From the NCBI GenBank assembly GCA_050942745.1, contig JBMNNX010000004.1, positions 2,004-66,003 on the forward strand: a stretch of DNA of 64,000 nt. The letters run 5' to 3'. Shown here piece after piece: positions 9,112-17,604 of the stretch. Positions within the stretch are counted from its first letter, which is position 1, and each line of letters begins with the position of its first letter. The stretch comes from Myxococcales bacterium. GTDB lineage: Bacteria > Myxococcota > Myxococcia > Myxococcales > UBA5297. The translations under genes were made by a program, and so were the position numbers. Below the pieces are notes generated by a model. It had not been told where the DNA came from. It saw only the letters and a list, made by a program, of their open reading frames with translations, and searched no databases.

Positions 9112-9480
9112 GGCCCTTCGACTCCGCCCCCGCCGCTAGCGCGTCGGGAGCTACGCTCAGGGCGAACGGAGCAGGGCCCAAGCTCGGTGGCGCGGCCCTT
9201 CGACTCCGCTCCCGCCGCTGTCGCATCGGGAGCTGCGCTCGGCGAACGGAGTAGGGCCCGAGCTCGGGCGGCCCTTCGACTCCGTTCCCGCCGCTGTCGC
9301 GTCGGGAGCTACGCTCAGGGCGAACGGAGCAGGGCCCGAGCTCGGGGTGGCCCTTCGACTCCGCTCCTGCCGCTGACGCGCCGGGAGCTACGCTCAGGGC
9401 GAACGGAGTAGGGCCCGAGCTCGGGATTGCCCTTCGATCCCGCCGCCGCCGCATCGAGCGCCGCGCTCAGGGCGAAGGGG
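9112..9480. repeat. Tandem array of a 76-82 bp hairpin-forming intergenic repeat (family A), about 4.7 copies
   Basis: Units start at 9112, 9194, 9270, 9349 and 9429 (ggcccttcgactccg...cgggagctacgctcagggcgaacggag...gggcccgagctcgg). Each has an imperfect inverted repeat (ctccgttcccgc / gggcgaacggag). The last copy contains the stop and final codons of the RND gene. Confidence 0.85.
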
Positions 9481-12400
9481 CGAGGCCCTCCTGCTGAGCC
9501 TTGCGCTCCGCGGTAAGCACGTAGAGCGCCGGCAGCAGTACCAGCGTGACCAAGGTCGAGACCACCAGCCCGCCGACGATCACCCGCGCCAGCGGCGCCT
9601 GGATCTCGGCGCCCTCGCCGATAGCCAGCGCGATGGGGAGCATCGCCAGGACCGTCGTCAGTGTCGTCATCAAGATGGGCCGCAAGCGCTCGCGGCCGGC
9701 GCCGACGATGGCCTCCAGGACGCCCAGGCCCTTCTCGCGTCGCAGGAAGTTGGCCGCGTCGACCAGCACGATGGCGTTGTTGACCGCGATGCCCACCAGC
9801 ACGATGGCGCCGAGGAAGGCGTTCAGGCTGAAGGTCGTGCCGGTCGCCAGCAGGATGAGCACCACGCCGACGAGGCCGAAGGGCACCGCCGACATCACGA
9901 TGAGCGGGTCGCGCAGCGACTCGAACTGCACGGCCATCACCGCGAAGACGAGCAGCACCGCCAACAGCAGCCCCGTCCCCAGCCCGCTGAAGGTGCTCTG
10001 CTGCTCGCGGGCCTCGCCGCCGATCTCGACGCTGAAGCCGGGCGGCAGCTCGATTCCCGCCAGCGCGGCCTCGAGGTCGGCGACGACCGCGCTCAGCTCC
10101 CGGTCGCCCAGCCCGCCGACGATGGAGACCATGCGCTCCTGGCCAGACCGCTCGATGGAGGCCGGGCCGCGCCGCTTGCCAATCTGCGCCACCGCCGACA
10201 GCGGCACGACCCCGCGCGACGAGAGGATGGGCAGGCCGCCGAGCTGCTCGGTCCGCTCGCGGTCGGCCTCGCGAAGCACGACGCGCAGGTCGTACTCGTC
10301 GCCCGCCTGCCGAAAGCGCGTCGCCACCCGGCCCAGCAGATAGGTCTCGAGCGTCTGCGCGATCTCCGGCCGGGTGAGCCCCAGGTCCGCGGCGCGCGCG
10401 GTGTCCACGACGACCGTGCGCTCCTCGAGCCCCTCCTCGCGGCTGATACGCACGTCGGCGATCCCCGGGACGGTGCCCATCAGCGCCTCTATCCGCCGCG
10501 CCAGGCGCGCCGCGTCGTCGAGGTCGTGCCCGCGCAGCTCTACCACCAGCCGCTCGCCCTGCCTGCCGCGCATGAAGCGCTGCAGCGGATTGGTGGTGCG
10601 CTGGCGCAGGCGGATGCGCACGTCGGGGATGCCGCTGGTCGCCTTGCGCATCGCATCGAGGATCTCGGCGCTGCCGCGCTCGCGCTGCGACACCGGGACC
10701 AGCGTCAGCTCGACCTCGCCTTCGTGGCCGCCGCCAGGCCGGTAGGGGTTATCCGGGCCCGCCGAGCTGACGACGTTGGCTATCTCCTCGGGCCGGCAGA
10801 CCGAGCGCATCCGCCGCTCGATCTCGCGGACCACCTCGCGCGTGCGCTCGACCGGTGTGCCGACCGGCAGCTCGAGATCGAGGTCGATGACGCCCTCGTC
10901 GGTCTGCGGCATCAGCTCGAGCGGCACGGCGGGCAGCAGCCGCAGCGCGAGCAGCAGCATCGCCAAGGAGCCGGCGATCGTCAGCCACGGCTGGCGCAGG
11001 GCGGCGCGCAGCGCGCGGGCGTAGAGGCTCTCCATCGCGTGCTGCCAGCGCTCGAGCCGCTGCGCCAGCCGGGCCAGGAGCCCGCCGCCTTTGCCGAATG
11101 GACGATCGAGCAGGCGCGCGGCCAGCGACGGCACGAGGGTGACGGCGACGACCAGCGAGCAGGCGAGCGCGAAGACCACGACCATCGCCAGCTCGGCGAA
11201 GAAGATGCCGGCGAAGCCGCCGAGGAACACCACCGGCGCGAAGGCCACCACGGTGGTGAGCGTGCCCGCGATGATGGCCCCGGCGACCTCGTGGGCGCCC
11301 TCGATGGCCGCCCGCACGGCAGGCAGGCCCTCCTCGCGCTTCCGGTAGATCTTCTCGAGGATGACGATCGAGTTGTCGACGAGCATCCCGACCCCGAGCG
11401 CGAGCCCGCCGAACGAGATGAGGTTGAGCGAGTAGCCGGCGAAGTACATCAGCGCGAAGGTCGCCATCATCGAGAAAGGAATGGAGAGCGCGATGACGAA
11501 GGTCGCGCGCAGGTTGCGCAGAAAGAAGAGCAGCACCAGGACCGCGAGCAGCGCCCCGCTGAGCGCCGAGTCGCGCACGTTGGTGATCGAGGCGCGGATG
11601 TAGCTCGCGGTGTCCTGGACGACGATGACCCGAAGGCGCCCCTGGTACTCCTCGTTGATGCGCTTGATCTCCTCCTTGAGCGTCTCGACCACCTCGACGG
11701 TGTTCGCGCCCGACTGCTTGGAGACGCGCATCACGATGCCCGGCGCCTTGTCGACCCACTGCTCGCTGCGAATCTCCTGGAAGGTGTCGCTCACGGTGGC
11801 GACGTCGCGCACGTAGACCGGGCGCGCGCGCCCGGCGTCGCCGTCGCGGGCGGGCAGGCGGGTGACGAGGACGTTCTCTATCTCTTCGACCGAGGAGAGC
11901 TCTCCGAGCGTTCGCACCAGCACCTCGCGCCCGGACTCGCCGAGGTCGCCGGCGGCGACGTTGCGGTTGTCATTCGCGAGCGCCTGCACGACCTGCTCGC
12001 CAGTGACGCCCAGCGCGACGAGCCGGGCGAGGTCGAGCTCGACGCGCAGCTCGCGGACGCGGCCTCCGTTGACCCTCACCGCGGCGATGCCCGGCAGGCG
12101 CTCGAGCCGGCGGGTGAGGACCTCGTCGGCCAGGTAGCGCAGGCGGCGCGGGTCGCCGCCGCCGCTCAGGCCCAGGGTCGCGATGGGAGTCGCCGAAATG
12201 TCGAACTTGAGGACTGTCGGCGAATCTGCGTCTTCGGGCAGCCGCGCCCGCAGCCGGTCGAGCGCCTCGCGCACGTCGCTGGCGGCACCGTCGAGATCGG
12301 TGCGCCACTCGAACTGGAGCTGCACCCGCGACAGGCCCTCGGAGGACTCGGCCTCGAGCGCGGTGACCCCTGAAACCGTCGAGACCGCCTGCTCGATAGG

Positions 12401-12595
12401 GCGAGTGATGAGGTTCTCGATCTCCTCCGGCCCCACGCCCTCGTAGCGGGTGACGACGTTGATGCGCGGGAAGTCGACCTCAGGCAGCAGATCGACCGGC
12501 AGGCGGGCCATGCCCACCGCGCCGAGGATGCAGACCGTCGCCGCGAAAACCCCGACGCCGATGGGCCTGCGGACCGAGGTCGAGATTAGGCTCAT
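9467..12595 (-). CDS. RND efflux transporter permease (AcrB/HAE family)
   Basis: 1042-aa ORF with typical RND architecture and sequence (MSLISTSVRRPIGVGVFA..., 12-TM pattern, two large periplasmic loops). Confidence 0.95.
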   Translation of the reverse strand: MSLISTSVRRPIGVGVFAATVCILGAVGMARLPVDLLPEVDFPRINVVTRYEGVGPEEIENLITRPIEQAVSTVSGVTALEAESSEGLSRVQLQFEWRTDLDGAASDVREALDRLRARLPEDADSPTVLKFDISATPIATLGLSGGGDPRRLRYLADEVLTRRLERLPGIAAVRVNGGRVRELRVELDLARLVALGVTGEQVVQALANDNRNVAAGDLGESGREVLVRTLGELSSVEEIENVLVTRLPARDGDAGRARPVYVRDVATVSDTFQEIRSEQWVDKAPGIVMRVSKQSGANTVEVVETLKEEIKRINEEYQGRLRVIVVQDTASYIRASITNVRDSALSGALLAVLVLLFFLRNLRATFVIALSIPFSMMATFALMYFAGYSLNLISFGGLALGVGMLVDNSIVILEKIYRKREEGLPAVRAAIEGAHEVAGAIIAGTLTTVVAFAPVVFLGGFAGIFFAELAMVVVFALACSLVVAVTLVPSLAARLLDRPFGKGGGLLARLAQRLERWQHAMESLYARALRAALRQPWLTIAGSLAMLLLALRLLPAVPLELMPQTDEGVIDLDLELPVGTPVERTREVVREIERRMRSVCRPEEIANVVSSAGPDNPYRPGGGHEGEVELTLVPVSQRERGSAEILDAMRKATSGIPDVRIRLRQRTTNPLQRFMRGRQGERLVVELRGHDLDDAARLARRIEALMGTVPGIADVRISREEGLEERTVVVDTARAADLGLTRPEIAQTLETYLLGRVATRFRQAGDEYDLRVVLREADRERTEQLGGLPILSSRGVVPLSAVAQIGKRRGPASIERSGQERMVSIVGGLGDRELSAVVADLEAALAGIELPPGFSVEIGGEAREQQSTFSGLGTGLLLAVLLVFAVMAVQFESLRDPLIVMSAVPFGLVGVVLILLATGTTFSLNAFLGAIVLVGIAVNNAIVLVDAANFLRREKGLGVLEAIVGAGRERLRPILMTTLTTVLAMLPIALAIGEGAEIQAPLARVIVGGLVVSTLVTLVLLPALYVLTAERKAQQEGLAPSP

Positions 12596-13839
12596 CGCCC
12601 CGCCTCCGCGCCCGGCGGCGACTCGGCGATTCGAACCGGTGCGCCGTCGGCGAGGTCGGTGTGGCCGGCGACGAGGACGCGCGCCGCGTCGGGGAGCTTC
12701 GCCTCGATCGCCGCGCGGTCGCCGTCGCGGGCGACGACGACGGCCGGGACCCAGCGGGCCACTCCATCGACCATGACGAACAGGCCGCTCTCGACCTTGC
12801 CTGTCGGTTGCAGCCGGGTCAGCACGGCGATGCCCGGGACGACGGTGGCCTGCGCGAGCTCGCGCCGCACGACGACGACCTCGGCGTATCTGCCCGGCAG
12901 CCAGGAGGGCGGCGGCGACTCGACGAGCGCCTCCACGGTGACGATCCGCTGCTCGCGGCTGACCTCGCCGGCGATGCCGGTGATCTTCGCGGGCAGGCCT
13001 TCGCCCGACTCGAGCGCTGCGCCCTGCGTGTGGCCGGCGGCAGCTCCGGCGAACACGCGCACCGTCGCGCTGACCTCGAGGCCGCCGATGTCCATCTCGG
13101 GCACCTGGAAGCGCACGCGCAGCGGCGAGGTCGCCACCAGGCGCACCAGCCGCGCGCCGGCCTGCACGATAGCGCCGGGATCGACGTAGCGATCGGCGAT
13201 GCGCCCGGCGAACGGCGCGCGCACCTTGCTCTCGACGCTGCGCTTGTCGAGCAGGCGCACCCGCGCGCGGGCCTCGGCGCCGCTGGCGGCCGCGGCGTCG
13301 GCTGCTGCCGCCAACGCCGCCACCTTTGCCCGCTGCTGCGCGAGCTCTTGGTCGCTGACCAAGCGCTTGGCGGCGAGCGGCTCGAGGCGCGCGGCCTCCT
13401 CGGCGGCGAGGTCGTGCTCGACGCGGGCCCGCTGCTCCTCGGCCGCCCGGGCGGCCACCTGAGCCTCGGCTTCGGCTATCTGCTCGCGAGCGTCTACGGG
13501 GTCGAGCTCGGCGAGGACCTGGCCGGCGCGGACGGTGTCGCCGACGCGGACGTGCACCGCGACCAGGCGGCCCGGGTAGAAGGCCGAGATGTCGGCGGCG
13601 TCGGCGTCGAGCTCGCCGGGATAGCTGCGCCGCTCGGTGATCGAGGCGCGGGTCACCTCGGCGACGGCGACCGGGATGACCCGCGGGCCTGCGCCTCCTT
13701 GGCCGCCCGGAGCGCGCTCTTTCGAGGAGAAGGCGAACGACGCGCCGATGGCCGCGACGCCCAGGGCCACGACGGCCCAGCCGAGCCGCGAGCGCAAGCG
13801 TGAGGGTTCAGGTGCGGTGTCGATCGAGGAGACGGGCAT
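12592..13839 (-). CDS. RND efflux periplasmic adaptor (membrane fusion protein, HlyD family)
   Basis: 415-aa ORF with an N-terminal TM anchor, a coiled-coil hairpin (AEAEAQVAARAAEEQRARVEHDLAAEEAARLE) and beta-barrel regions. Its TGA overlaps the RND ATG (12592-12595). Confidence 0.9.
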   Translation of the reverse strand: MPVSSIDTAPEPSRLRSRLGWAVVALGVAAIGASFAFSSKERAPGGQGGAGPRVIPVAVAEVTRASITERRSYPGELDADAADISAFYPGRLVAVHVRVGDTVRAGQVLAELDPVDAREQIAEAEAQVAARAAEEQRARVEHDLAAEEAARLEPLAAKRLVSDQELAQQRAKVAALAAAADAAAASGAEARARVRLLDKRSVESKVRAPFAGRIADRYVDPGAIVQAGARLVRLVATSPLRVRFQVPEMDIGGLEVSATVRVFAGAAAGHTQGAALESGEGLPAKITGIAGEVSREQRIVTVEALVESPPPSWLPGRYAEVVVVRRELAQATVVPGIAVLTRLQPTGKVESGLFVMVDGVARWVPAVVVARDGDRAAIEAKLPDAARVLVAGHTDLADGAPVRIAESPPGAEAGR

Positions 13840-14046
13840 CGAGTTGCGCCGGAGTGTCGATGATGGGGCCGCTGGATGCGACGGGCCGGCGGTGAGAGCC
13901 GAAGCGCCCGCGCGTGGGCGTCACCGTAGCACAAGGGGGGCGGGCGCGAGGCGCCTGAAGTCGACTCGGCAAGGACGCTCCGGGCCTCTCGGCGGGCAAG
14001 CAGCAGACCGAATTCTTGGCATGGCGGTCAGATCGGCGGCTCGCGG

Positions 14047-14270
14047 CCACTAATTTAGTTCCGAACGGGGTGGGCACCCTCCGCTGGGAACTAATTTAGT
14101 CCCGGAGCGAGGCTCCCTCGCCCGTTCGAGAACCAAAACTGATAGAAATCGGGCGTTCAGGCCGCCCGCTCGAACGAAATTAGTTCCCGAGTGGCCTCGG
14201 CTATCTCGGTCTCGAACTAAATTAGTTCGCGGCAGGTCAGCCCCCCTTCGACTCGAACTAATTTGGTTCC
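14047..14270. repeat. Periodic array of 15-16 bp AT-rich palindromes (consensus GAACTAATTTAGTTC)
   Basis: Copies at 14047-14062, 14087-14102, 14172-14187, 14214-14228 and 14255-14270. A degenerate candidate lies at 14130-14145. Centre-to-centre spacing is about 40-42 bp. The array lies between the efflux operon start (13839) and the upstream gene end (14497). Confidence 0.8.
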
Positions 14271-14496
14271 CCGCGGCGTGGACCGATGAGCCCCAGTCTT
14301 CGGCAAAGCAGCGGACCGGACGGCGCTTCGTCCCTCCTGCCTCGGGTTTCCTCCAGGAGAAAAATGGACGGCGGAGCTCCAGCTGGACGGCGGAGCTCGC
14401 CAGCCTAAGCTCGCTCGTAGAGACCCGCAGGCGGCTCGTTGCCGAGCTCAGCGAAGGCGAAACGAATCGGGCACTGCGGAGCTGGGCGGCGCCGCT

Positions 14497-15891
14497 TCAA
14501 GTCGGCTCGAGCGGCGTGTCGAACGTTCCCCAAGCGCGTAGCGTCTGGCCTGCCCGGATCCCGGCGCCTTGGATGACGATCTCGAATTGTCCGGAGACTC
14601 GGGACGACGAGTAGGTCGCCTCCAGCCACCAGCGAGTGACCTCATCGCCGCTCTCGGCGATGCCGCAACGCCGGAAGTACAGACTCTGCCAAGCCAGGGG
14701 GAGGCTCGCCGCGAAAGTGCTCCAACCGTTGTCGTGGGTGTCGAAACGCAGAATTGCGCCCGGCGGGTCTTGGCAGTTGATGGTGATTGTGCCTCCTGCC
14801 GAGGCGCCGCTGACGCCGAACTCCAGGTTGGGTGCCCAGTACGGCATTTGGATGGCTGCAAAATCGGACGAGACCCCGTATTGCGCGAGAATGCTCGTGC
14901 CCTGAGCGAGCACCGTCCCGTCGAGCGCCCAGGTCATGAGGTTGGGCGAGTCGACGCATTGGCCCTGGTCCGAGCATACATAGGGCGCGTTGCAGGAGCC
15001 GCAGTTGCCCCCACAGGCGCTCATGCCGCACTCCCTCCCTCCGCACGAGCAGCACTCGTCGCCCTGGCAGCCACGCTCGCCGCAGCTCTCCTTGATTTCC
15101 ACTCTCGAGCCGCGGCAGTCGAACCACCAGACGTCGCCGAGCTCGCATGCGTACGTCACGTGCGCGTCCTCGTCGCAGGTGCAGAACCCGTTGCGGCAGG
15201 TCGTGCCGGGGCCCACGCAGGAAGCGCCCTCACAGCAGAGCTGCCCGGCGTTGCCGCAGGGCTGACAGTAGCCCGCAACGCAGGCGAGGCCCGTGTTGCA
15301 GGTCAAGCCTACGCAGCAAGGCTGTTCGCGGGCGCCGCAGGAGGTGGTCGCTTGGCAGACCCCGCCGACGCAGGAGAGGCCTGTGTTGCAGGCTGAGCCT
15401 GCGCAGCACGGCTGCCCGCTGGAGCCGCAGGAGGTGGTCGCTTGGCAATACCCGCCGACGCAGGAGAGACCCGTGCTGCAGGCTGAGCCTGCGCAGCAGG
15501 GCTGCCCGCTGGAGCCGCAGGCGGTGGTCGCTTGGCAAAACCCGCCGACACAGGAGAGGCCCGTGTTGCAGGCCGAGCCGCTGCAGCACGGCTGCCCGCT
15601 GGCGCCGCAGTCGGTGGCGCCTTGGCAAGTCCCGCCGATGCAATCGAGGCCCGAATTGCACGCGGTGCCGTTGCAGCAGTCCTCGCCACTTCCGCCACAA
15701 GAGCCTTCGGCCTGGCACCTGCCAAAGGAGTCACAGGTCTCGCCGGGATTGCAGCCCGGTGAGCACTCACCGCCGCAGCCGTCGTGGCCGCAAACGCGCT
15801 CATCGCAGTGCGGGACGCATGCGTCCGCCAAGTCAGAGGTCGAGTCGCACGCCGCGAGGGCCAGCGCGAGCAGGAAAACGCTGTGCTTCAT
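14497..15891 (-). CDS. Secreted cysteine-rich repeat lipoprotein
   Basis: ORF 14497..16032 trimmed to M48 (15891), which has the RBS aagggggaccgcccATG. Signal/lipobox MKHSVFLLALALAAC. About six tandem 33-aa units CG.SGQPCC.GSAC.TGLSCVGG.CQATT (roughly nt 15105-15702). C-terminal non-repeat domain. Confidence 0.8.
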   Translation of the reverse strand: MKHSVFLLALALAACDSTSDLADACVPHCDERVCGHDGCGGECSPGCNPGETCDSFGRCQAEGSCGGSGEDCCNGTACNSGLDCIGGTCQGATDCGASGQPCCSGSACNTGLSCVGGFCQATTACGSSGQPCCAGSACSTGLSCVGGYCQATTSCGSSGQPCCAGSACNTGLSCVGGVCQATTSCGAREQPCCVGLTCNTGLACVAGYCQPCGNAGQLCCEGASCVGPGTTCRNGFCTCDEDAHVTYACELGDVWWFDCRGSRVEIKESCGERGCQGDECCSCGGRECGMSACGGNCGSCNAPYVCSDQGQCVDSPNLMTWALDGTVLAQGTSILAQYGVSSDFAAIQMPYWAPNLEFGVSGASAGGTITINCQDPPGAILRFDTHDNGWSTFAASLPLAWQSLYFRRCGIAESGDEVTRWWLEATYSSSRVSGQFEIVIQGAGIRAGQTLRAWGTFDTPLEPT

Positions 15892-15992
15892 GGGCGGTCC
15901 CCCTTCTGTCAAAAGGCGGCGAGGATACCCGACGGCCCACCGCCGAGACCAGGGCCGAGGCCTACCCTCCGCCGCTGCCCTGGCCACTTTAC

Positions 15993-16035
15993 ATCGTGTC
16001 GTGATGACACTAAGATGGTGTCGAAAAAACACGAA
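15993..16035. promoter_or_regulatory. Two adjacent predicted NrtR operators (ATCGTGTC-gtgat-GACACTAA and ATGGTGTC-gaaaa-AACACGAA)
   Basis: Sites at 15993-16013 and 16015-16035, each with a GTGT-N7-ACAC core like the pncB site. They lie directly upstream of the nrtR RBS and ATG (16047). Confidence 0.6.
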
Positions 16036-16046
16036 GGAGCGAGCGG

Positions 16047-16736
16047 ATGAGCTACACCTACGAACACCCCCGCCCCGCGCTGACGGTCGACTGCGTCGTC
16101 TTCGGCATGGACGACGAGGACCTGAAGGTCCTGCTCATCGAGCGCGGCGTCGAGCCCTTCAAGGGACGCTGGGCGCTGCCCGGCGGCTTCGTGCAGCTCG
16201 ACGAGAGCCTCGAGGACGCGGCGCGCCGCGAGCTGAAGGAGGAGACCGGGCTCGAGAAGGTCTTCCTCGAGCAGCTCTACACCTTCGGCGAGCCCGGGCG
16301 CGATCCGCGCGGGCGCGTCGTCTCGGTCGCCTACTACGCGCTGGTGAAGCTGGCCGACTACACGGTTCAGGCGGCTACCGACGCCAGCGGCGCGGCCTGG
16401 TTCCCGGTCTGGGACACGCCCTCGCTCGCCTTCGACCACGGGCGCGTCCTCGAGACCGCGCTCGAGCGGCTGCGCGGCAAGGTGCGCTACAAGCCCTTGG
16501 GCTTCGAGCTGCTGCCGCCGAAGTTCACGCTCACGCAGCTCCAGCGGCTCTACGAGAAGATCCTCGAGCGCCCGCTCGACAAGCGGAACTTCCGCAAGAA
16601 GGTGCTCGCGATGGACCTGCTCATCGAGACCGACGAGGTCGAGCAGGACGTCGCCCACCGCGCGGCGCGCCTCTATCGCTTCGACCAGAAGAAGTACCGG
16701 GCCCTGGAGAAGAAGGGCTTCAACTTCGAGCTGTAG
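16047..16736 (+). CDS. nrtR: NrtR-family Nudix-related transcriptional regulator (Nudix domain plus C-terminal winged helix)
   Basis: 229 aa. Intact Nudix box [24 protein letters not shown]. The C-terminal part ([27 protein letters not shown]...RLYRFD) is typical of the NrtR wHTH domain. Palindromic operators lie upstream of it and of pncB-nadE. Confidence 0.85.
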   Translation: MSYTYEHPRPALTVDCVVFGMDDEDLKVLLIERGVEPFKGRWALPGGFVQLDESLEDAARRELKEETGLEKVFLEQLYTFGEPGRDPRGRVVSVAYYALVKLADYTVQAATDASGAAWFPVWDTPSLAFDHGRVLETALERLRGKVRYKPLGFELLPPKFTLTQLQRLYEKILERPLDKRNFRKKVLAMDLLIETDEVEQDVAHRAARLYRFDQKKYRALEKKGFNFEL

Positions 16737-16849
16737 CGAAGGGCGCGCGTCGGTGCGCCCTCGGTGAATCGGTCTGGCCTCGACCGCTCGCTGCAACGCG
16801 AGCAGGGCGCCCTCGGCACGAAGCGGAGCGGCGACACGGGAGGTGCGTC

Positions 16850-17602
16850 TTGAAGAGCGGGTGCGCGAGCTTCGACGTCGCCGGCGGCTCGGTCGCGGGG
16901 CGCCACCACGCGCGCGCTGGCCGCAACTGCCAGGACGCGTTCGCTTGGCGGGTTACCGAGGCCGGCCTCGTCGCCGCGGTCTGCGACGGCTGCAGCGCCG
17001 GCGCGCACAGCGAGGTCGGCGCCAGGCTCGGGGCCGAGCTGCTCTGCGAGCAGGTCGCGCGCGGGCTCGATGGCGCCGAGCCGCTCGCCGCGCTCGTCGA
17101 ACGCGCGCGCTGCGGGCTGCTCGACCACCTGGCGCGGCTCGTCGACGGCGCCGCCGCGCCGGGCGCGCGCGCCGCCTTCGTTCACGACCACCTGCTCTTC
17201 GCCTGCGTGCTCGCGGTCGTGCGCGCCGACGAATTCGCCGTCTTCCACGCCGGCGACGGCGTCTTCACCATCAACGGCGAGGCCCGTGCCCTCGGCCCGT
17301 TCCCGGACAACGAGCCGCCCTACCTCGGCTACGCGATGCTCGACGGCGAGGACGAGCGCTGGCGGTTCGAGCTCGCGCGCGAAGGCTCGACCTCCGCGAT
17401 CGGCGCCCTCGCGCTGGGGACCGACGGCGCTCTCGATCTCGTCGTCGGCGCCGGGGCGCCGGTCGCGGCGTGGCTCGCCGAGGAGCTCGTCTTCCGCAAC
17501 CGCGACGTCGCGCGCCGCCGGCTGTGGGCCTGGGGCCGCGACCACCTGCTCGACGACGACGCGACGCTCGTGCTGCTGCGCCGCGCGCGAGGGGAGGGCT
17601 AG
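16850..17602 (+). CDS. PP2C-family protein phosphatase (PP2C_2-like)
   Basis: 3' part of ORF 15293..17602 (KSGCASFDVAGGSVAGRHHARAGRNCQDAFAW...VCDGCSAG...GTDG). Probable TTG start at 16850, 6 nt after GGGAGG. The rest of that 769-aa ORF is antisense to the Cys-rich gene. Confidence 0.75.
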   Translation: MKSGCASFDVAGGSVAGRHHARAGRNCQDAFAWRVTEAGLVAAVCDGCSAGAHSEVGARLGAELLCEQVARGLDGAEPLAALVERARCGLLDHLARLVDGAAAPGARAAFVHDHLLFACVLAVVRADEFAVFHAGDGVFTINGEARALGPFPDNEPPYLGYAMLDGEDERWRFELAREGSTSAIGALALGTDGALDLVVGAGAPVAAWLAEELVFRNRDVARRRLWAWGRDHLLDDDATLVLLRRARGEG

Positions 17603-17604
17603 CG

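Noticed and set aside
8750-9454. ORFs 8750..9454 (-) and 8791..9411 (+)
   Set aside because: They read through the tandem 80-bp repeats and REP elements, giving repetitive Arg/Pro/Ala-rich translations. This is a convergent intergenic region.
14047-14270. Regularly spaced repeats as a CRISPR array
   Set aside because: The repeats are only 15-16 bp, AT-rich and perfectly palindromic, with ~25-bp spacers. No cas genes or leader are present. An operator or iteron-like array fits better.
15293-16849. 769-aa ORF 15293..17602 taken as one gene
   Set aside because: Its first ~520 codons are antisense to the Cys-rich lipoprotein gene and also run across nrtR. Only the last 250 codons (PP2C) are credible.
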